Shown here: positions 19,289 to 29,412 of the stretch, in pieces | Numbering within the stretch: position 1 is the stretch's first letter | How the letters are laid out: each line of letters starts with the position of its first letter | NCBI GenBank assembly: GCA_963700235.1 | Contig: CAVOWT010000005.1 | Location: 215,057 to 279,056, forward strand | Reading direction: 5' to 3' | Source: an uncultured Acidimicrobiaceae bacterium | GTDB taxonomy: Bacteria; Actinomycetota; Acidimicrobiia; Acidimicrobiales; RAAP-2 | Length of the DNA: 64,000 nucleotides | Translations under genes and position numbers: made by a program | Notes under the pieces: model-generated | What the model saw: the letters and a program-made list of their open reading frames with translations, nothing else | What the model was told of the DNA's origin: nothing | Databases searched by the model: none

Positions 19289-21011
19289 TCAGCGTGCTCC
19301 GCGCAACAGGGCTCCGGGCCGGGCTCCGGTCTCACGGCCGCCGGCGAAGGTGGTGACGCCGGACTTGATGGTCTCGACGTAGCCGGTGGCGTCCTGGACG
19401 ATGCGCCGGCCGTGGGCCGGCAGGTCGTCGACCACCACCGGGTTGCCCAACTGCAGGTTGTCGTAGTCGATGATGTTCAGGTCGGCCAGGGCACCGACCT
19501 CGATGGTGCCGCGGTCGGTGAGGCCGTAGAGCCGGGCCGTGTCGTGGGTCTGCTTCTTCACGATCCACTCCAGCGGGAGGCGGTCACCGCGGTCGCGGTC
19601 ACGGGTCCAGTGGGTGAGCATGAACGTAGGCTGACCGGCGTCACAGATGACCCCGCAGTGGGCTCCACCGTCGGCCAGTCCGGCCGCAGCCCGGGGATGG
19701 AGCAGCATCTCGCGTGCCGGTCCGAGGTTGCCGTCGGAGTAGTTCAGGATGGGCACGTACAGCAGGCCCCGCCCGTCGTTCTCGAGCATGGCGTCGTAGG
19801 CCACCTGCAACGGGGACCTGCCGGTGGCGGCGGCGATGCTGGCCAGCGAACGCTCGGGGCCCGGCTCGTACTCCGGAGGGCTGCCCAGGGTGAAGGTGGT
19901 GCGGTAGGCCTGGTCCATGCGGGCCGCGTCGCCCTCGGGCTCCCACGACTCGATGGACGCACGGACCTCGGGGGTGCGCAGCGCCTCGACGAACTCCTCG
20001 GGTGAGAGCCCCTTGGCCTTCAGCTGCTGGTAGGCCGGGACCAGATCGAACAGGCTGTAGGTGGTGAAGTGCCCCGACAGCAGCCCTGTGGCCCGGCCGG
20101 CCACCTGGGGCCACAGGTCGGCCCCCTCCTCCACGGCCCGCAGCGACTCGTCCATCAACTCGCGCCAGAGCTCGGGCGCCGCGTCCACCTGGAGCAGGGC
20201 GAAGGTGACCGGTCGCCGGATGGTGGCGGAGAGCCGTCGCATCCAGTCGACCTCCTTCTTCGGGCCGACGATGTCCTCGCCGGCCGATCCCTGCGGGGCC
20301 AGTTCGAAGACCCCGGTGCCCAACTCGCCGAGGGCGCTCCCGATGCCGAACAGTTCGTCCTCGGCCGCGAACGTGCCCGGGACCGGCTCGCCGTCGATGG
20401 CGATGTGGGCGATGGTGCGTGACGTCGAGAACCCCAGGGCCCCGGCGGTGATGGCCTCTTTGACCAACTCCTTCATCTGGGCGATGTCCTCGGCCGTGGC
20501 CGCCTCGTTGCGCGCCCCGCGGTCTCCCATCACGTAGGACCGCACCGCTCCGTGGGCGATCTGGGTGCCCACGTCCATGGTCCACTTCCGCTGATCCAAG
20601 GTGTCGAGGTACTCGGGGAAGCTCTCCCACTCCCACTTCATGCCCTCGGAGAGGGCGGTGCCGGGGATGTCCTCGACCCCTTCCATCAGGCCGATGAGCC
20701 ACTCGTGGCGGTCGGGACGCGCCGGGGCGAAGCCCACGCCGCAGTTGCCGGTCACGATGGTGGTGACCCCGTGCCAGCTGCTCGGGGCCAGTACCTCGTC
20801 CCAGGTGGCCTGGCCGTCGTAGTGGGTGTGGATGTCCGACCCAACCCGGGGTGACGAGCAGGCCGTCGGCGTCCACCGTCCGGTTGGCCGGCTCGTCGGC
20901 GAAGGAACCGACACCGCTGATCCGTCCGCGGTCCACGGCCACGTCGGCGACCCGGGCCGCCGCTCCGGTTCCGTCGACCACCGTCCCACCGCGAATGACC
21001 AGGTCATGCAT
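19289..21011 (-). pseudogene. N-acyl-D-amino-acid deacylase (D-aminoacylase) family amidohydrolase, one frameshift
   Basis: ATG 21011 (AAGGGGGA upstream) gives MHDLVIRGGTVVDGTG..DADGLLVTPGWV. One extra base at about 20837 separates it from DIHTHYDGQATWD.. (ORF 19289..21007), which is intact for the remaining ~515 aa. Confidence 0.8.
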
Positions 21012-21097
21012 GCTCGGTTCCCCCTTGGAAGTCGGTGTCACGATGCTGACACGGACCGATGGCCGAATGCAATGACGCCACCGGCCGCCGGTGCCGG

Positions 21098-21520
21098 CTA
21101 CCGAGGGGGGATCGAGTAGGTGACTTGGGCTTTGGCCACCAGGTCGTCGTTCCCGACGGAGTACAGCGCCACCTCGGCCACGCCCAGTCGCTTCCCGAGC
21201 TTGAGCAGCGTGCCTTCGGCCACGAGGTCGACCAGCTCCGGCCTCCGGAAGAAGTCGATGTGAAGGCTGGTGGTCACCGACAGCGCCACCGGTCCGATCT
21301 GGCCCACGATCACCATCCAGGCTGCGCAGTCGGCCAGGGCCATCAGGGTCGGGCCCGACACCGTCCCGCCCGGTCGGCTGTCGAAGACCCCGATCTCCTG
21401 TCGCATCCGGACCGTGGTCGCGGTGATCTCCTCCACGACGTAGGGAATCTTGTGGCCGGGGAAGGCGGCGTCCAGCATCTGTTGGAGCTGCTCGGCGGTC
21501 ATGGCGGGTGACGCGGTCAT
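21098..21520 (-). CDS. PaaI-family hotdog thioesterase
   Basis: C-terminal 140 aa of ORF 21098..22363: ..RPGGTVSGPTLMALADCAAWMVIV..SLHIDFFRRP..GKRLGVAEVAL. Start ATG 21520 (alternative 21502). Confidence 0.75.
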   Translation of the reverse strand: MTASPAMTAEQLQQMLDAAFPGHKIPYVVEEITATTVRMRQEIGVFDSRPGGTVSGPTLMALADCAAWMVIVGQIGPVALSVTTSLHIDFFRRPELVDLVAEGTLLKLGKRLGVAEVALYSVGNDDLVAKAQVTYSIPPR

Positions 21521-21726
21521 GATTCGGGGCAGCGTACCCACTGCGGGCCCGATGTCCCGCAGTGAACGGCCGGTATCGGCGTGACGGGCGGTTTGTCGGG
21601 CAGACTGGTGCACTCCGGCGAACGGGCACCCGCCCGGGCACCGGAGGGCAGGACCATGATGCTGAGGACTCCATCGGATCGAGGGGGAGAGCGTGGCGCC
21701 GAACGGGCCGAGTCGTCGGGGTGACC

Positions 21727-22501
21727 ATGGCACCGAATGAAGACGTGGCCCTGAGCCGCGAGCATCGGGCCGCCGTGGAGCTGGCCACAGAGGCCGGCGC
21801 CGTTCTGATCGAGCTCCGGTCCGGTCCGGAGTCCGGTAAGGCCCTGGGCCAGGAGGGCGATCGGCAGTCGCACCGGCTCCTGATGGAGCGCATCGCCGGC
21901 CGATTCCCCGACGATCGCATCCGCTCGGAGGAGGCGGACCAGTCCGCAGAGCTCGGCCCGGTCGCGGGTCGGATCTGGATCGTCGATCCGCTGGACGGCA
22001 CCCGCGAGTACTCGGAGGGGCGGGAGGACTGGGCCGTCCACGTGGCCCTGGCCGTCGACGGCGATCCGGTGGTCGGCGCGGTGGCGTTGCCGGCCATCGG
22101 GGCTGGTGCTGGGAACCGTGAGCCCCCCTCCGCCCCGGGCGGCCCCGTCCATCCCCCGGATGGTGGTGAGTCGCACCCGGCCCCCCGCGTTCGTGCCGTT
22201 CGTGGCCGACCGGCTGGGGGCCGAGACGGTACCGATGGGATCGGCCGGAGCCAAGATCGCCGCCGTCATCCGGGGCGAGGCCGAGGTCTATGTCCACGCC
22301 GGAGGCCAGTACGAGTGGGACTCGGCTGCGCCGGTGGCGGTGGCCCTGGCCATGGGGCTCCACGCCAGCCGGCTGGACGGTTCACCCCTCCGGTACTCGC
22401 AACCCGACCCGTGGCTCCCCGACCTGGTGGTGTGCCATCCGAGCCTGACCGATGCGGTGATGGCGGCGTTGCGGGATGCCGACGTCTCCGGAACGGGATA
22501 G
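21727..22501 (+). pseudogene. Inositol monophosphatase / CysQ-type 3-prime(2-prime),5-prime-bisphosphate nucleotidase, one frameshift at a G4 run
   Basis: MAPNEDV..EEADQS..RIWIVDPLDGTREY..AVALPAIG (frame of 21562), then after GGGG 22099-22102 LVLGTVSPPP..MGSAGAKIAAV..GQYEWDSAAPVAVA (frame of 22106). Confidence 0.75.
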
Positions 22502-22559
22502 ACCGTTGCCACCGGCAGAACGAGGAGGTGGTCGGAGATGAGTCCGGCGCGGAGTCCTG

Positions 22560-23740
22560 ATGACGAAGGGGCCGGCCGTCTTCGGTCCGGCCCGTCTCGG
22601 CCCACTCTCCCTCAAGAACAGGGTCATCAAGTCGGCGACGTTCGAGGGCGCCACCCCGAAGGGGGTGGTCGGCGACGGGCTGGTGGAATTCCACCGCCGC
22701 ACGGCCGACGGCGGGGTGGCCATGTCGACGGTGGCCTACCTGGCCGTCTCGCCCGAGGGCCGGACCGACCGCCACTGCGTGCTGCTGGGGGACGATGCGG
22801 TCCCCGGACTCCGGCGGGTCACCGACGCCGTCCACGAGGCCGGTGCAGCGGCGTCGGCCCAGATCGGTCACGCCGGACCTGTGGCCAACGCCCGATCCAA
22901 CCGGGCCCCGGCTCTGGCTCCGACCCGCCGGCTCAACGCCAGCGGGGGAGTGACCAGGGCCGCCACTGACGATGACATCGCCCGCATCACCGGGGAGTAT
23001 CGCCGCGGTGCCGCGCTGGCCGTCGAGGCCGGCTTCGACTGTATCGAGATCCATCTGGGGCACAACTACCTGCTGAGCGCGTTCTTGAGCCCGAAACTGA
23101 ACCGACGGAACGATCGGTGGGGTGGGAGCCTCGACAACCGGGCCCGCTTCCCCCTCCAGGTGGTCGAGGCGGTGAGGGAGGCGGTGGGGGATCCGGGCCG
23201 CGGTCACGGCCAAGCTCAACATGGCCGACGGCGTCGACGGTGGATTCTGGTTGGACGAGAGCGTCGAGTTCGGGCGCATGCTGGAGTCCGGCGGTGCCCT
23301 CGACGCACTCGAGCTGACCGGGGGTAGCTCGCTGTCGAATCCGATGTATCTGTTCCGGGGTGAGGCACCGACGGGTGGAGTTCGCCGCCACCCTGCCGGC
23401 GCCGTTGCGCGCCGGATTTCGGGTGGTGGGTTCGCGCTTCCTCCTCGAGTATCCCTTCGAGGAGGCCTACTTCCTTCCCTACGCCCGCCAGTTCCTCGAC
23501 GCCCTCTCCCTGCCCCTCATCCTGCTCGGCGGTGTGAACAGGCTCGAGACGGTGGAGGGCGCGCTGGCCGAAGGGTTCGCGTTCGTGGCCATGGCCCGGG
23601 CGCTGTTGCGGGAGCCCGATCTGGTCAAGCGATGGGAGAAGGGATCGGCGGACGAGGGACTGTGCATCCACTGCAACAAGTGCATGCCAACCATCTACTC
23701 AGGCACCCGGTGCGTGCTCGTGCCCGAACCGTCGGCGTGA
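22560..23740 (+). pseudogene. Old Yellow Enzyme-type NADH:flavin oxidoreductase, two frameshifts
   Basis: Three consecutive pieces. ..LKNRVIKSATFEG..QIGHAGP..DCIEIHLGHNYLLSAFLSP..NDRWGGSLDNR (22560 frame); AVTAKLNMADGV..ELTGGSS (23221 frame); ..LILLGGV..GFAFVAMARALLREPDL (23360 frame). Junctions near 23195-23205 and 23372-23380. Confidence 0.8.
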
Positions 23741-23744
23741 GTCG

Positions 23745-25325
23745 TCAGCCGTGGGACGCGTCGATCGACGCTGCCGCCGTCGGCGCGGAAGGGACCGGAC
23801 GGTCAGCGTAGAGTGACCCGCCTGGCGGCGTGGACAGCTGCTGGAGGTTTCCCCTCGCCAGTACCAAGGCGGCGATGACCGCGCCGACGACGAAGATGAG
23901 CGACGACCACAGGAACGCCGTGGTGTAGCTGTGCAGGGCCGCGGCCCGCAGGTTGGCCGGGGTCGCGGCCCTGCCCACCAGGTAGGCGGTGGCGGCCCCG
24001 GCGGCCAGCGTGTTGAGCAGGGCCGTGCCGATGGAGCCGCCGACCTGCTGGGAGGTGTTCAGGGTGGCCGAACCCACCCCGGCGTCGTGGGGGGCGCAGT
24101 CCGAGGGTGCCGGTGCTGAAGGCCGGGGCCAGGCTCAGACCGAAGCCCAGGCCCAGCAGCACGATGTAGGGCAGTACGTGAGCTGGCGTAGGAGCTGTGC
24201 AGACCGAGCAGGTGGAGCAGGTAGAGGGCCGCCGACGCCATGACCAGGCCGATGGGGATGATCGGCTTGGGCCCGAACTTGGGCAGCAGGACCCGGTTGG
24301 ACACCTGGGCCATGCCGGCCAGTGCCGCCACCATGGGGAGAAAGGCGACGCCGGTCTTGACCGGGCTGAACCCGAGTGTTCCCTGTAGGTAGTAGGTGAG
24401 GAACAAGAAGACCCCGAAGATGCCGATGCTGGCGAACAGCATGGCCAGGATCGAACCGCCTCGGGTCCGGTTGAGCACGACCCGGGGCGGCAGCAGCGGG
24501 TACTTCACCCGGAATTCGATCAGGCCGAAGGTGGCCAGCAGGACCACGCCCGAGCACCAGGAACCCGATGGTGTAGGGGTTGCTCCATGCCGTGGTCTCG
24601 GCGTGGGAGAAGCCGAAGACGAGGCAGAACAGAGCCGCCGGTGACCAGGACGAGGCCCGGGAAGGTCGAGCGGGTCGTGGTCGGCGGCCTTGTCGTTCTT
24701 CAGCCAGAGCAGGGCGCCGGTGGCGGCGACGGCGGCGAACACCAGGTTGACGAAGAGCGTCCAGCGCCAGGAGGCGTACGAGGTGAGGATCCCGCCGAGC
24801 AGCAGGCCGAGGGCACCGCCGGCGCCGGCGATGCCGCCGTAGATGGCGAACGCCTTGGCCCGTTCGCTCCCGTTGGTGAAGGTGGTGGTCAGCAGGGCGA
24901 GTACCGACGGGGCGAGGAGGGCTCCGAACGCGCCCTGGATCGGTGCGGGCGGTGACGAGCATGGGGAAGTTGACGGAGGCGCCGCCGAGGGCCGAGGCTC
25001 CGGCGAAGCCGATCAGGCCGACCATCAGGGTCCGCTTCCGTCCGAAGATGTCGCCGATCCGTCCGCCGAGCAGGAGGAGGCTGCCGAAGGCCAGGGAGTA
25101 GGCGGTCACGACCCACTGACGGTCGGCGTTGGAGAAGCCGAGCGCGTGCTGGGCCGTGGGCAGCGCGATGTTGACGATGGTGTTGTCGAGGATCACCATC
25201 AGCTGGGCGACGCCCAGCACGGCCAGGATCCACCACCGCCGGTCGTGGTTGGCCTGTGAATCGGAGATACCGGCTCCGGCGGTCTCTTCGGCAGTGCCTT
25301 CGGTGGGGGTGGTCGCAGTCGTCAT
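23745..25325 (-). pseudogene. MFS drug:H+ antiporter (DHA2/EmrB-QacA type), about six frameshifts
   Basis: N-terminus ..WWILAVLGVAQLMVILDNTIVNIALP..GGRIGDIFGRKR. Recognisable TM pieces then alternate between all three minus frames (..FAIYGGIAGAGGALG.., ..LFCLVFGFSHAETTAW.., ..IGIFGVFLFLTYYLQG.., ..LLGLGFGLSLAP.., ..SQQVGGSIGTALLNT..). Confidence 0.8.
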
Positions 25326-25438
25326 CGGGTCGCTGCCGATCTGAAGTGGAGTCGCTATCTCCGGTTATTCGACTACTCTACACACGTCCGGAGAACCGGA
25401 ATCCACGTACCGCGAGGAACCGTCTGAGGTTCACGAAG

Positions 25439-26104
25439 ATGAAGACCGCAGTAGACGAGGAGGGCAGGCCCCTGCGAGCGGACGCCGCCCGCAACCGGGA
25501 GCGGATCCTGACCGCGGCGGCGGAGGTGTTCGCCGAACGTGGGCTGGACGCCACGCTCGACGAGATCGCGCATCGCGCTGGAGTCGGGGTGGGCACGGTC
25601 TACCGCCGCTTTCCGGGCAAGGAAGAGCTGATCGAGGCCCTCTTCGAGCAGGCGGTGAACGAACTGGTCGACCTGGCCGAGGCGGCGTTGGCCCACGAGG
25701 ACTCGTGGGACGGACTGGTCTGGTTTCTGGAACGCGCCGCCTCCATGCAGGCCACAGACCGCGGGCTGCGAGACGTCGTCCTGCACAGTGGCTACGGACT
25801 CGAGCGGGTGGCCCACGCCCGAGGTTGCATCGTGCCCATCGTCACGCGGCTGATCGAACGGGCCCAGGCCGACGGCTACCTGCGCCCGGACCTCGTGCCT
25901 GCGGATGTGCCGATCATCGAGCTGATGGTCAGTACGGTGGCCACGTATACCAGCGGTCTCGCCCCGGACCTCTGGCGCCGTTACCTGAACATCGTCCTGG
26001 ACGGCCTCGCCACCGACCGGGTACACCGGACGGATCTGTCGGCTGCCCCGAGTCACGACATCGTCGAGGCGGCGATGAGGTGTAACAAGTCACGGAGGCT
26101 GTGA
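25439..26104 (+). CDS. TetR-family transcriptional regulator (divergent from the decayed MFS pump)
   Basis: ATG 25439 within ORF 25256..26104. HTH ..RILTAAAEVFAERGLDATLDEIAHRAGVGVGTVYRRF.. 221 aa, intact. Confidence 0.85.
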   Translation: MKTAVDEEGRPLRADAARNRERILTAAAEVFAERGLDATLDEIAHRAGVGVGTVYRRFPGKEELIEALFEQAVNELVDLAEAALAHEDSWDGLVWFLERAASMQATDRGLRDVVLHSGYGLERVAHARGCIVPIVTRLIERAQADGYLRPDLVPADVPIIELMVSTVATYTSGLAPDLWRRYLNIVLDGLATDRVHRTDLSAAPSHDIVEAAMRCNKSRRL

Positions 26105-26173
26105 GGACCCGGCTCCGTCCGGCCCGTGGGGACGCGTCATGACCGGGGTGGCGTTGGCCCGAGGCCGCGAACG

Positions 26174-26527
26174 TCAGACTTCGTCCGAGTCGGGCTCGAC
26201 GTCGCCGGCGACGATCGGGGCATCGAGATCCCATCCCTCCTGGTCTTCCGCCTGGGCGCGTTCCCGATTGGTCGGACCACCCAATCCGTCGGGGTCGTCC
26301 ATACCGCCGTCCAAGGTGGCCAGGTCCTCGGGGTCGTCGAGCTCGGCACCGGCCTCTTCCAACTCGCGGTCGTCGGCCTGCAGCGTCGGGTCGAGCGAGG
26401 GATCCAGTTCGACGGCCTCGAGGAAGTCGGGATCGAGCTGCTCCTTCTCATCGAGGGCCTCGTCACCCTGCTCGAAGGGATCGGAGCCGGACGGCTCGTC
26501 GGGGGACCACTGGTCGTCGGGGCTCAT
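26174..26527 (-). CDS. Strongly acidic small protein, family not assigned
   Basis: 117 aa ORF, very Asp/Glu rich (..LDPDFLEAVELDPSLDPTLQADDRELEEAGAELDDPEDL..). Codon bias is consistent with coding on the minus strand. Confidence 0.5.
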   Translation of the reverse strand: MSPDDQWSPDEPSGSDPFEQGDEALDEKEQLDPDFLEAVELDPSLDPTLQADDRELEEAGAELDDPEDLATLDGGMDDPDGLGGPTNRERAQAEDQEGWDLDAPIVAGDVEPDSDEV

Positions 26528-26674
26528 CGTGCTCCTTTAGGTTCTGCGTCGATGGTGCCGGTGTACCGGTTGATCGTAGGCTCTTCGTCTCCTCCTCCGA
26601 GTCCGCTACGGCGACGAGATCGTGCGTTCGGTCGGATCACGACGTACCAACCTCTTCGGCGTCGGCCCCCGACA

Positions 26675-26791
26675 TGGCCGCCCTTGCCCGGTGGCCGTCA
26701 TAACCCGGTGGCCGCCCTTGCCCGGTGGCCGTCATAACCCGGTGGCCGTCCTTGCCCGGTTGCCGTCATTGCCCGGTGGCCGTCGAAGGGG
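26675..26791. repeat. Tandem array of about seven 17-bp units (GGTGGCCGYCNTTRCCC), iteron-like
   Basis: Units start at 26690, 26707, 26724, 26741, 26758 and 26775, plus a partial first unit. Two unit types alternate (..GTCATAACCC / ..GCCCTTGCCC), giving a 34-bp higher-order repeat. It lies 48 nt upstream of tRNA-Arg. Confidence 0.85.
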
Positions 26792-26838
26792 GGAAAGGCG
26801 GCAGCCAGAGGAGATCTACACTCCAGGGTTCGGGACCC

Positions 26839-26911
26839 GCCCACGTAGCTCAGGGGATAGAGCACTCGTTTCCTAAATGAGGTGTCGCAGGTTCAAATCC
26901 TGCCGTGGGCA
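26839..26911 (+). tRNA. tRNA-Arg (anticodon CCT)
   Basis: 73 nt cloverleaf folded by hand. Acceptor GCCCACG/CGTGGGC, D stem GCTC/GAGC, anticodon stem CTCGT/ATGAG with loop TTCCTAA, variable loop GTGTC, T arm GCAGG-TTCAAAT-CCTGC, discriminator A. CCA not encoded. Confidence 0.9.
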
Positions 26912-26913
26912 CT

Positions 26914-27178
26914 GTATAAAACTGACAGGGGAGAGAGGGAGACGCGCAGCCAAACGGGCCAAAACCCCCACGCCGGAGCGCGCCGGAAGGCCAGAGCCAA
27001 GGAGCCCAGACCCCGGGACCACGACCGCAACAGGCCGGGGCACCAGGGCGAACGGCCGGAACCCGGCAGCGGGCCGGGCGGCCGGACGGCGCGAGGGCCC
27101 CACCGGAAACGGGGAGGGGCGGGTCGGCGGGGAGGGGGGGCTTAGGTGTTGATGGGCTCGGTTATTGAGTGCCCCCAA
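26914..27178 (+). repeat. GC-rich junction element, copy A1 (starts 3 nt after the tRNA)
   Basis: Near-identical to 36546-36790 over ~225 nt. Head GTATAAAACTGACA-GGGGAGAGAGGGAGA. Tail GAGGGCCCCACCGGAAACGGGGAGGGG..GGCGGGGAGGGG, then TTATTGAGTGCCCCCAACGGCAC. Confidence 0.85.
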
Positions 27179-28085
27179 CGGCACTTTGATTAGCTGAACT
27201 GCTTAGGTGGTGGTAACGGAGCGGGAGGTGAGATGGGTGGTATTGTATTGGTAGCGATTGGAGCGTAGGACAGCGAAGATGCGGAAGGTTGCTGGACGAT
27301 GAGGATTTTGGCATTCGATAGATCACTAGACAACGTGTGGGCGGTATGAAGGGGCAGGCAGTTTTGGCGGGATACGTGAAGAGGCTGACGAGATCGCAAG
27401 AAGTGGACAAGGAGTGGTGTGGATATACGAGAAGGTATGGCGGGTATGTAGGTGAAATACATCTTCACACAGAGCGATCGAAGCGGAGGGCTTCGTTCGG
27501 AATGGGCTATTTGCACTTCGCAATAGAGCGACAGTTTATTTGAGTGCATTTGCTTCATACCGCTGGGTTGGTGGGATACGCAGAGGTTTCAACAGGGGAT
27601 CAGAGGCTACGGGCGACTCTTCCGAGACTATGAGGTGGTTATTGTGCTGGTTTCGATTTGGAACTCGCACTTGGACAGGGCTCGACGAGGATTTAGGTTG
27701 TTAAGGTTCGTTCGTAATCTATGAGCTGAAGCGTTTCGCTGCACACTGTCAAATCCAATGGTTTGCTGCACGATCGTCAACTTGGTTGTGATTTTTGGCG
27801 ACTGACGATTGGTTACTGGGTTCGTTAATGAGTTTGCTTTGTCGGCATCGGCTGAACTCGCTCACCTTGGAACTTCGGCAAGAGCTGATGCTATTGCGTC
27901 GGCGAGAGTTGTTGTGTCACCGCTCACTTAGGTTTGAACACGATTCGTACCATTAGATGTTGGCTGAGTCTCATCGTTTCTAAAGCTGAATGCGCATCGA
28001 CGGAACTGAGTCGAATGTGCTCAGAAGGAGCTGAGGTAGCTCAAAACGCTGGGTGGCGGTTAGGCAGGAGTGCTAGAATCACATC

Positions 28086-28315
28086 ATGCGCATCAGCTAC
28101 GACGCTGAGGTGAACGCTGCTACATCCGTATCGTGGATGACATCGAACTTGGTGCATCGGTTACTCAGGTTCGGTGCTCAGTTCGCAGGTGACGCTGACT
28201 TCATCTCGACTTTGATGCTGAAGGACGATTACTCGGAATCGACGTTATGGGAGCAACGGGGGGACTCCGCTCGGAGACGCTTGCTCTGCAAAGCGCTACG
28301 GCTGACTGCTTCTGA
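28086..28315 (+). pseudogene. DUF2283-family small protein relic, at least 2 frameshifts
   Basis: MRISYDAEVNAA (frame 1), YIRIVDDIELGASVTQV (frame 2), LDFDAEGRLLGIDVMGATG (frame 3). Together they reproduce the DUF2283 pattern (..YD.E.DA.YI..... iDfD..G.l.GIe.l.A). Confidence 0.6.
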
Positions 28316-28966
28316 TCGCTGGGAGCGGGGCGGTTATCGGGGTATGGCTGAACGGCACATTCGGGCTACTCTGCGGAGCTGTTAGGCTGCTTTCTCCATT
28401 GCTGTTGGTAGCTACTCGGCGAGGCAGTTCTCATCGAGAATGGTTTTATCCACCACTTGCTGAATCAGGAAGTCGAAGACGAGGCAGACGCTGCTCATGA
28501 CGAGAAAAGAGGAATCTGAGGTTGGGCATCGGCATTGGGTGAACGATGCTCACGATTGCTTCAGCGATGACCAAAAGCGCTTCGGCGAGAAGAGGACGAC
28601 CGAACTAACAGCGGTGCTGTAAGCGGTGACTTCGTAGCGAACTCTTGTTCCGACGGGTTAGATGATGCTTCTCCGATTAGTGAGGGCTTGGCTATTTTGT
28701 TTGGGTTTAGGGAGGGTGTGAGCTTCTCCGAACTATTCGCTGGGTTGGTATGCTGTTACTTTGAATGAGGCTCGATCAGCACGCTCGGGTGATGCTTTCG
28801 GTAAAGAACTCGGACATGCGAAGGGCTGATCGTGAATCAATGTTTGTGGCAGCGGGATCGGTGAGTGCTGCTTGTAGCCGCCGCACCACCTCGTTTAGGT
28901 TAGCTCCTACTAGGACCGTCGCTCGATCTCGCTTCAAGTGACGAATGATCTATTCGGCTCGCTCAG

Positions 28967-29412
28967 CTATTCTTTACCATCGGCAGACGCTGTTAGTTGA
29001 TTGAGCGTGCTTCTGATCGCTGGCTCTGGGAGCGTTATCTCTCCGTGACGGGTTAGTCTGCACTCTTTGCTAGAACCTCCGCTTTCTTGGCATATCGGGA
29101 CGCTAGTTGTTGTGAGAATCCCCACTTTTTCGATCTCTCCGATTGACATCTCGGTGAGTTAAGTTCGCGGATCACCGTAAGGCGGAGCTTGTGGCAGGTT
29201 GTTTCGTAGGCTCTGAGTGCGTTATTCGTTGATTGCTGTGGTAAATGGAGCAGCGTTCTCTGGAGCGCTGTTTCAACGTCGATACTACGGTTGATGTTCT
29301 TCATGGCTCGCTTCAAGCGCTATCTCATTCTTCCGCAGCACTTGCTGAGCGGCTTTGTTTGCTTCGATCAGCTTCTGCATCGCTGTTGCTACGGTTTCGA
29401 TGGTGCTGGACA
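28967..29412 (-). pseudogene. Possible disrupted helical/HTH-like ORF
   Basis: Abutting minus-strand pieces: MSSTIETVATAMQKLIEANKAAQQVLRKNEIALEAS.. (stop), then MKRAMKNINRSIDVETALQRTL..RLTVIRELN.. and MSIGEIEKVG.. in shifted frames. The plus strand is T-rich and A-poor, consistent with minus-strand coding. No family assigned. Confidence 0.3.

Noticed and set aside
26675-26791. Possible CRISPR array (also considered for 31667-31738)
   Set aside because: Units of 17 bp and 9 bp are directly adjacent with no spacers. There are no cas genes in the window. These are simple tandem repeats.
26877-27152. ORFs running through the GC-rich elements (26877..27152 +, 26873..27184 -, 36380..37087 +, 36339..36860 -, 49747..50214 +, 57837..58196 -)
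   Set aside because: The near-identical copies A1 and A2 differ by a 2-nt indel that breaks any common frame. Translations are low-complexity (R/G/P/A), and the diverged copies conserve nucleotide termini rather than a protein.
27162-27558. Minus-strand ORFs in the G-rich tract (27162..27410, 27190..27558, 27326..27523), giving Pro/Ser/His-rich peptides
   Set aside because: The three overlap one another in different frames, and their composition simply mirrors the C-rich complement. They have no start context or recognisable family. I treat them as non-coding.
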